DNA of 64,000 nucleotides from an uncultured virus (IMG/VR IMGVR_UViG_3300005512_000015) (lineage: Duplodnaviria; Heunggongvirae; Uroviricota; Caudoviricetes): the IMG/VR virus record IMGVR_UViG_3300005512_000015, one strand, 5' to 3'. The notes under the pieces are model-generated. The model made no database searches. It saw nothing but the letters and a program-made list of their open reading frames with translations, and was not told where the DNA came from. This document shows positions 57,820-64,000 of the stretch, one piece after another (the stretch's first letter is position 1; each line of letters opens with the position of its first letter). Position numbers and translations under genes: made by a program.

Positions 57820-59343
57820 CTATCCTTTATATATTTTGTAAATATTTTTAAAGATATCATAGTAAACCTCCTGATTATTTTTGTTGTGTGAATGTAATGG
57901 AATCATGCTCAAAAACAAACTTGCACAAATCAAAAGGATATACTTGATCTCTTCTTCTTTGTAATATTTATTTGTTTTATTTTTGAATAATTCTTTTATA
58001 TTAGTTTTACCATTATTGTATAATTTGTAAGTATCACCATCTTTAACATAAAGCTCTGAGTCTACAAAATCATAATCAAATAGAATACTGTGGAAAACTT
58101 TAGCCATTTCATAATAATGGTCTCCAAATAATTCACCTCTTGGGTCAATCATTTTAATTTTATCTGCTTGGAAATCATAAAGTAGATTACTGAAACAAAA
58201 ATCACCGTGCATTAATGATGGTCTATTGAATTTACCAATTTCATTTTCTAATTCTTTTATGAATTCATTAACTAGTTTGTTCTCAACTGGGATTTCTATA
58301 TCTTTAATACGATCTTTAGTTTTACCAACGATAGATTTCATAAAGTTATTTGGTTGACCATAAGATTCCATTTTATGTAATGTATCAAACATTGATTCAA
58401 AAATAGAATCCCAAGTTTCTTCTGATGAATCCAAGAATAGATAAATTTCACGTAATGAAGGTGCTAAAACCTTTTCCATTTTATACCAAGTTCTTGAACT
58501 GTAAAGATCTTTACCAAAGATTCTTGGAGTATCTACTGCAATATCGTCAGGTAGATTAGTAAACCAATTGTATTCTTTAATAAGTTTTTCACGTTCTAAC
58601 TCAGAACTCTTAGTAATAAATGGACCATCAACAGCAATATCATTAAATGATCTACTAATCTTAACAGATCTATTTTGTAGATATTCATCTAGTGTTCCAA
58701 AGTCAACTAGATTTAAATTAGTTGTGAACATAGAATCAACTTTTGAAATATCTTCTAGTACTGTACTAATTTGGAATTCACCAGCAATACGATTACTATC
58801 TGAAGATAATTGATCAGTCAAAAATGCATACAATAATTCTGAATCTTTGATGTGATAAACACCTGAAACAGCTAAGTTAGTATCTGGTCTTTCTTGAGGT
58901 TTATCAAAGAATGTTAACGATCCTTTAGAATCATCTTCAACCATACACCATCTTGAATAGTCAGGTACTTCTTGAACTGAAATAAAGTTAACATCAAAAT
59001 CACATGTAGCAATTTGATCTTCAACAACCAAGTCACCAAGCAATATAAGAACACTATCTTTATCGCCTTCGAACAAACCACTATGAATTGCTCCAGACAA
59101 ACCATTTTGTTGTTCTTGTCTAGTGATAGTTACTTTCTTGTTATAGAAACTAAGAATTTCTTTTACTGTTTCTTCTTGGTGATTTAACACAACTCTAATA
59201 TCGTTACAGCCGTGTTGTTCTAACCACTCAATTTGGTGGATTAGAATAGGTTTTTCTTTGTATGGTAAAATGGTTTTAGAGTATTGTTTTCCTAACTCTT
59301 TAAACCTAGTGCCTTTACCTGCGGCAGGAATAATTCCAATCAT
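57820..59343 (-). CDS. Sugar-phosphate nucleotidyltransferase fused to APH/choline-kinase-like domain
   Basis: IPAAGKGTR, LGD, DKP, DFGT; HGDFCFSN, IDPRG. Confidence 0.88.
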   Translation of the reverse strand: MIGIIPAAGKGTRFKELGKQYSKTILPYKEKPILIHQIEWLEQHGCNDIRVVLNHQEETVKEILSFYNKKVTITRQEQQNGLSGAIHSGLFEGDKDSVLILLGDLVVEDQIATCDFDVNFISVQEVPDYSRWCMVEDDSKGSLTFFDKPQERPDTNLAVSGVYHIKDSELLYAFLTDQLSSDSNRIAGEFQISTVLEDISKVDSMFTTNLNLVDFGTLDEYLQNRSVKISRSFNDIAVDGPFITKSSELEREKLIKEYNWFTNLPDDIAVDTPRIFGKDLYSSRTWYKMEKVLAPSLREIYLFLDSSEETWDSIFESMFDTLHKMESYGQPNNFMKSIVGKTKDRIKDIEIPVENKLVNEFIKELENEIGKFNRPSLMHGDFCFSNLLYDFQADKIKMIDPRGELFGDHYYEMAKVFHSILFDYDFVDSELYVKDGDTYKLYNNGKTNIKELFKNKTNKYYKEEEIKYILLICASLFLSMIPLHSHNKNNQEVYYDIFKNIYKIYKG

Positions 59344-59700
59344 TTAATATCCTTCTAACATGTGAAGCTCGTCTGGCCTCATTGCTTTATCATCTATATA
59401 GATTATACCATAAGGTTTATTAAAACTTAGCTCATTATACTTAACACCGTGTTTTTCTAACCATGCTTTAATGCGTGGACGATACATAGCAATTGCATCT
59501 TCACGAATAGGAGCAGAAAAATGACCACGAGCTGTAAAAATACTAATTTCGTAACCCTTATCGAATAACTCGTTTAACTTATTTATGAGTGGAAGATTAG
59601 GAACTCCTCCTTCAATGTCAGAAGTGTCTGGACCAAAATGTTGGCAAAGTGTATCATCAAAATCTACAACAAAACGTTTGTTTAATTTTTCTTTAGTCAT
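59344..59700 (-). CDS. HAD-family phosphatase (capsule-biosynthesis type)
   Basis: Start MTKEKL; DFDDTL, TAR, KP...YIDDK. Confidence 0.88.
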   Translation of the reverse strand: MTKEKLNKRFVVDFDDTLCQHFGPDTSDIEGGVPNLPLINKLNELFDKGYEISIFTARGHFSAPIREDAIAMYRPRIKAWLEKHGVKYNELSFNKPYGIIYIDDKAMRPDELHMLEGY

Positions 59701-60235
59701 TGTTAGTCCTATGTAATGAGCCAAATGATAAACTGATTTTCACTGGCATATTTTTTAAATCTTTAAATAGCGTTTTATCGCACTCTTCATAACTAGGCGC
59801 TTCTTTCATCTTAGATAAATGAACAATAAGTTGATGAGGTAACGTACAAATAAATTCTAAGTCAGCTGGTAAAGCACCATCAAAGTCTGAACTTCTAAAG
59901 TGAACAATTACGTGAATGTAATCTCTAACTAAAAGTTGAATCATCGAAATACAATCAGCACTGACGGCAACTAGTCTGCGAGTATCTGTTATATCTACGG
60001 GACTGTAGTATTTGATCTCTTGTAGACGTGTAAACAATTGATGTTCAAGGTATTTATGAAAGTGTAATTCAAACTTTTTACGAGTAGTTAAAACTGGTGT
60101 TTCATTATCTTTAAAAAAGTCTTCACCTTGTTTAAAGCAATCAAATTGATTGTCAAAATATAGATCGTAATTGAACGCGACAAGTTCTTTATCACCATCA
60201 AGACTTTCAATTACGAATTCACGTAACCCTTGCAT
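59693..60235 (-). CDS. Short thymidylate-synthase-fold protein
   Basis: TRR, DCIS.IQ, HFRSSD....LPADL, FGSLH. Confidence 0.7.
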   Translation of the reverse strand: MQGLREFVIESLDGDKELVAFNYDLYFDNQFDCFKQGEDFFKDNETPVLTTRKKFELHFHKYLEHQLFTRLQEIKYYSPVDITDTRRLVAVSADCISMIQLLVRDYIHVIVHFRSSDFDGALPADLEFICTLPHQLIVHLSKMKEAPSYEECDKTLFKDLKNMPVKISLSFGSLHRTNND

Positions 60236-60906
60236 TATACTTCCAACGCTTCTAATTGATCAAAGTGACGTTCATAAACATGGATATTTGAAACTGTCCA
60301 AATAAGTTTACCAACTTTAACATTTAAGTCTTTGGCTAGTTGAGCTTGTACATGTTTAGCCCATGCGTAATCATTGTTGTAACCGAATACTGAATCATTT
60401 GAACGCATGATATAATGTGAATGTAATTCACCATCACGAATAAAGAATGAGTTTGCGAATGTACACATAAAATCATTCATACCATCTTTGTTAAAATCAG
60501 TATGCATAGATGGACGATTGTAAATCATAGTTGCTCTACGAGAATCAGGGTTAGCAGACAATTCATCAAAAACATTTTCATATTGATTGCCATTTTCTTC
60601 AGTATAGATACACCAACCATAGTTTGAATTGATTTCACCATCTTTGGATGAAATAGCTTCCCAGATGGCTGGAGTTTTACCAGGGATATCAGCAACTTTT
60701 AGTGAAGCGCTTTTATACCATTCCAATTCACGCTCAATATATTCATAAGCAGGTGTACGAACAATGTAATCTTCATCAGCTTCAAAAGTAGCACCAATGA
60801 TTTCAATTGTTTTAGCACCAGTACGATCAACAGTGAATTCGGCATTGTTGTATGCTTCTTTGAACATTTTACGAATGTCGTTAACTTTAAGTGTAGTATT
60901 AATCAT
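60235..60906 (-). CDS. gp42: dCMP hydroxymethylase-like enzyme (gp42 family)
   Basis: Start MINTTL; INSNYGW, SRRATMIYNRPSM, DFMCT, MRSND.VFGY.NDYAW (Asp at the dCMP-specificity position), HVYERHF. Confidence 0.88.
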   Translation of the reverse strand: MINTTLKVNDIRKMFKEAYNNAEFTVDRTGAKTIEIIGATFEADEDYIVRTPAYEYIERELEWYKSASLKVADIPGKTPAIWEAISSKDGEINSNYGWCIYTEENGNQYENVFDELSANPDSRRATMIYNRPSMHTDFNKDGMNDFMCTFANSFFIRDGELHSHYIMRSNDSVFGYNNDYAWAKHVQAQLAKDLNVKVGKLIWTVSNIHVYERHFDQLEALEV

Positions 60907-61222
60907 TGTCTTTCCTTTTGTATCGATTATCCATTTCAGGATTAGTAGTTTCAAGTGTTTGCATTTTTAGAATCAATAGTTGTGTTAGTGCATGATCAAT
61001 GTGTGGCAAACCAGATTCAGGATCAAAGTCTTCACCTGACCAAAATGAATTTAAGTGCCGTTGTAGTGAAGAATAAGTACGTCCATAAGTAGTATTATTT
61101 ACGTCATCGCGCCAATTGTTTTCACCATATTTTGCTGCACCAAAGCCAAGTACTTGTGCCATAGACATTAGTACTTCAGGTGGAATAAGATGTAGTGGTG
61201 CTTTACCTTGATCAAATTTCAT
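60899..61222 (-). CDS. DUF5664-type dNTP diphosphohydrolase
   Basis: KFDQGK..L.LIP, GAAKYG..NW, RH...GED.DPESGLPH..HA. Confidence 0.85.
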   Translation of the reverse strand: MKFDQGKAPLHLIPPEVLMSMAQVLGFGAAKYGENNWRDDVNNTTYGRTYSSLQRHLNSFWSGEDFDPESGLPHIDHALTQLLILKMQTLETTNPEMDNRYKRKDND

Positions 61223-61250
61223 ATCTATCCTTTTCTTTAATTATGTGTAT

Positions 61251-61272
61251 ATTATAACAAATGTTTGATTAA
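61251..61272 (-). promoter_or_regulatory. TTAA-N12-TATAAT promoter of the modification operon
   Basis: Repeated motif. Confidence 0.65.
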
Positions 61273-61275
61273 ATT

Positions 61276-61500
61276 TTAATAAAACCATTTGTGAAAGTAT
61301 AATCTCCAGATATAACCTCTAAAAATACTAATTATTGTGAAATACAACGCAATAATTATATTTTCAAATAATCCAATCTCTATATCATATAACCAAAAAA
61401 TTATAGGTTGTGCTATAAAGATGCTTAATAATAGGCCACTTCCTACATTCGCTAGTGATTCATACATGGCAAGTTTGTGGAGTTTCTTTCTTTGTACCAT
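61276..61500 (-). CDS. Small two-TM membrane protein
   Basis: ES.ANV.SG...FT.IS..RGY..R..F. Confidence 0.7.
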   Translation of the reverse strand: MVQRKKLHKLAMYESLANVGSGLLLSIFIAQPIIFWLYDIEIGLFENIIIALYFTIISIFRGYIWRLYFHKWFY

Positions 61501-61509
61501 TAAGATCCT

Positions 61510-61764
61510 TTATTTGCGAATTTTATTTGTTTTAGCGATGTGTTCTATTTGTTGGTTTTCACGAACGAGTTGTTCGTAGCGGCGAATGCCGAATTGTTCT
61601 AGTCGATCTTGTTGGTAATCATCTAGCTTAAATTCTTGCATAAGAGGAATAGCTCGTTCGATTGCTACAGTGAGTTGTTTGATTGATTTAGAATCTTTAA
61701 TTGAATTGTAAATGAAGTCATAGCCAGCTTTTGCTTGTTCAGAGTTATCTTGAAAACGTGCCAT
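61510..61764 (-). CDS. Hypothetical protein
   Basis: GAGGA SD. Confidence 0.7.
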   Translation of the reverse strand: MARFQDNSEQAKAGYDFIYNSIKDSKSIKQLTVAIERAIPLMQEFKLDDYQQDRLEQFGIRRYEQLVRENQQIEHIAKTNKIRK

Positions 61765-61784
61765 TTTGTCTTTCCTCAGTGATT

Positions 61785-61817
61785 AAAAAAGGCAAGCTGT
61801 TTTATCAGCTTACCTTT
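61785..61817 (-). terminator. Rho-independent terminator or attenuator hairpin
   Basis: AAAGGTAAGCTG-ATAAAA-CAGCTTGCCTTTTTT, immediately after the promoter at 61820-61841. Confidence 0.7.
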
Positions 61818-61852
61818 ATATTATACCAAGTTATTCGTTAAAATAACACTGT

Positions 61853-62944
61853 TTATTTTAATTCTTTTCCGTTTATTTTAACAACGAATTTTCCATCATG
61901 AACGTGAACTTTTAATTCTTGTCCGTTCATTTCTTTGCTAAAGATTACATCTTCTTCGCCTTCATCCATTTTATATCTTCCAGCCATTACCGAGTGAAAG
62001 TCTTTAGCTTTAACATTTAGTTCAGTTAATTTGTTTTGCATCCATTCTGGAAAGTCGTTACCTTGTTGTAAATATTCCATAATTTCTTTTGAAACATATC
62101 TAACGAATCTAGCTTGATCCATTGCCATACTTTCTTCATCTGGAGAAGCTGGTTGCATATCTTCAATATTTTCATTAAGACCAGCTTTAACTTTTCTTGA
62201 ACAACCAATTGCTTTAAGAACTTTTTGCGCTCCACGAACATCTGATTTATCAACCATAACGATGTTACCTTCGATTGAAGCATTAATATCAGCATCAGCT
62301 AAAGATTGTAATACAAAATCAGCATCTTGAGATTCAGAAAGTTCAACAGATTCTTTAATACTTTCAGAACCAAATAACGTATCTAAATTAGAATTAACTT
62401 TTTCTAGATCTTTAACGATCTTGGCAAATTTAGATTCTGAGTAACCTTTAAGCTTATCGACTTTTCTGGTAGATATCATCATACTGATAGGGCCAGTCTT
62501 ACTTTTAATTTTAGTACATAAATAAGTTATGTCCTGAACCGACTTTCCTGCTGATTGTTCTAAAATAATAGCTTCTTCAAGTTCGTCTTCATCTTCATCT
62601 TCAAGAGATAATTCTTCAGGAGCGTATTTTTTAGTTGTACCATCTTCTAATTCAACAGTGTAATACTTACCTTCTTCAGGCTCGTCAATTTTTACGATTT
62701 TACCTTCAGAGCCAGATGCTTTACAAATTACTTCATCACCAATTTCGAAATGACTTTCGTCAACTCTAGCATTTTTAAAGTCACCTAAAACTTTTAATGC
62801 ATCAAGGCTTGGAAAATTAATTTCTAAAGCTTTGATAATTTTATTATTATGCTCTTTGTCTTTTTTCATTTTGATAATAAGTTTTTCAGCAGCGGCTAAA
62901 AGCTTCTTATCCATTGTACCTTCTACAAGATCTCTAAATTTCAT
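61853..62944 (-). CDS. Putative internal head polyprotein-like protein
   Basis: MKFRDLVE; many (L/I/V)xE sites (VDE, LEE, IKE, LSE, LNE); late promoter at 62972-62979. Confidence 0.6.
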   Translation of the reverse strand: MKFRDLVEGTMDKKLLAAAEKLIIKMKKDKEHNNKIIKALEINFPSLDALKVLGDFKNARVDESHFEIGDEVICKASGSEGKIVKIDEPEEGKYYTVELEDGTTKKYAPEELSLEDEDEDELEEAIILEQSAGKSVQDITYLCTKIKSKTGPISMMISTRKVDKLKGYSESKFAKIVKDLEKVNSNLDTLFGSESIKESVELSESQDADFVLQSLADADINASIEGNIVMVDKSDVRGAQKVLKAIGCSRKVKAGLNENIEDMQPASPDEESMAMDQARFVRYVSKEIMEYLQQGNDFPEWMQNKLTELNVKAKDFHSVMAGRYKMDEGEEDVIFSKEMNGQELKVHVHDGKFVVKINGKELK

Positions 62945-62974
62945 AGCTATTTCCTATTGTTGTTTTAGAATTAT

Positions 62975-63550
62975 TTATATTTTTTCATCAATTAACCCTA
63001 ATTTAACAGCTTCATCTGGGTCCATATAGTAATCTCTTTTTGTTTTTGACTTAATATCTTCTAATGTAGATTTACCTTTAGTGAAATTAGCAATATCAAC
63101 CATTAGTTTGTCATCTAGATATTTTGATTCGTGGTAATCAATTTCCATATCATGAATAGTTCCTCTTGTTCCAGAACTAACTGAATGAATCATAATTCTA
63201 CAGTTTTTAGTAGCTTTTCTTGTTCCAGTACCAGCCGCCAATAAATATGCACCCATTGAAGCACACATACCAGTTCCAATTGTATTAACTTTACAAGGTA
63301 ATGTATCAATAACATCTTTTATAGCATAACCATCATAAACAGAACCACCCGGTGAATTGATATAAAACTCGATATCTTTATCTGGATCATCCGCGGCTAA
63401 CCACATTAATTGCATAATTGCGATGTTTGCTGTGTCTTCATTTACTTCAGTTCCAAAATAAACTATTCTATCAGCCAATAATCTTGAGAATATATCCATT
63501 GGTTTCTCAGATCTTCCTGTTTTTTCAATTACATAGGGTACATGTATCAT
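62975..63550 (-). CDS. clpP: ClpP protease subunit
   Basis: DIFSRLL.DRI, YINSPGG, CASMG, RIMIH, RDYYM...EA...GLID. Confidence 0.95.
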   Translation of the reverse strand: MIHVPYVIEKTGRSEKPMDIFSRLLADRIVYFGTEVNEDTANIAIMQLMWLAADDPDKDIEFYINSPGGSVYDGYAIKDVIDTLPCKVNTIGTGMCASMGAYLLAAGTGTRKATKNCRIMIHSVSSGTRGTIHDMEIDYHESKYLDDKLMVDIANFTKGKSTLEDIKSKTKRDYYMDPDEAVKLGLIDEKI

Positions 63551-63562
63551 AATATTCCTTTA

Positions 63563-64000
63563 TTAAATTTTAATTGCATACCAATTGATAAATTTTTCAT
63601 TACCATTGTTTTTTGCTTTTGTTTTTGATGCACTAGATTGATATAATTTAGCACCATTATTTCTATAACTTCTTATTAATGACATTTCTGGCAATTTATT
63701 CTCATTGCATATTTTTTGAAAATTACCATGACATTCAAACATCAATTCGTCATTACTATTAAAGATGTGTATTATTTCAGCTGAAGGATTGTCCTTACCG
63801 GTCAATAATCCCTTTCTACCTGTTGACACATTATTTTTATGTTCTTCTGATAATTTTCTTCCTTTTAGTGAATTTGATATATTTTCGCATTGTTCTTTCG
63901 TTCGTTTCTTTCCTGTATTTGAATTTGCTGCTTTTTCTATTGCAAACTTAGAACGCTTTTTATTTTTTGTATTAGATATCATTCCTGTCATAGAATCAGA
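63563..64000 (-). mobile_element. C-terminal part of a NUMOD3 homing-endonuclease-like gene (start probably beyond the window)
   Basis: GKKRTKE....IS.SLKG, LSEEHK, G..NPSA repeats; catalytic domain not visible. Confidence 0.65.

Noticed and set aside
60899..61222. Z-base or 7-deazaguanine pathway suggested by DUF5664/MazG
   Set aside because: No purZ, folE, queC/D/E or dpdA in the window; the context is cytosine modification
2267..63029. Many short plus-strand and alternate-frame ORFs (e.g. 7816-8127, 19609-19827, 34021-34392, 51559-51864)
   Set aside because: Antisense or frame shadows of well-supported genes, with no SD, promoter or motifs

Overview
A 64-kb AT-rich segment of a large T4-like myovirus genome, almost all on the minus strand; AAGGA ribosome-binding sites and TGnTATAAT promoters weakly suggest a Campylobacterota-type host. 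Replication genes include gp61 primase, gp41 helicase, gp32, the gp45/44/62 clamp and loader, RNase H, two topoisomerase II subunits and an AEP/UL9-like helicase fusion. The family-B DNA polymerase is broken into three genes; the last two are joined by a naturally split Ser1/Ser+1 intein whose halves flank a free-standing GIY-YIG endonuclease. The window also has scattered virion genes (gp24-like, gp15, gp17), about 10 proteins with a T4-like capsid-targeting N-terminus, a ParM-like actin locus, a block of small early genes, and ClpP. The best candidates for undescribed systems are: (1) a cytosine hypermodification cluster (dCMP hydroxymethylase, second TS-fold gene, HAD, NTP-transferase/kinase, BGT-like, AGT-like, divergent C5-MTase) whose enzymes share an acidic-Trp motif with the polymerase C-terminus; (2) a late-promoted, probably virion-packaged Pol-beta NTase + KxDG ligase-like/cytidylyltransferase + nuclease operon; (3) two ~290-nt structured non-coding regions. 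Three promoter classes can be read from the sequence: GTTTAC(A/T)-N17-TATAAT, TTAA-N12-TATAAT and TATAAATA. All family assignments come from motif recognition by eye; no database search was run.
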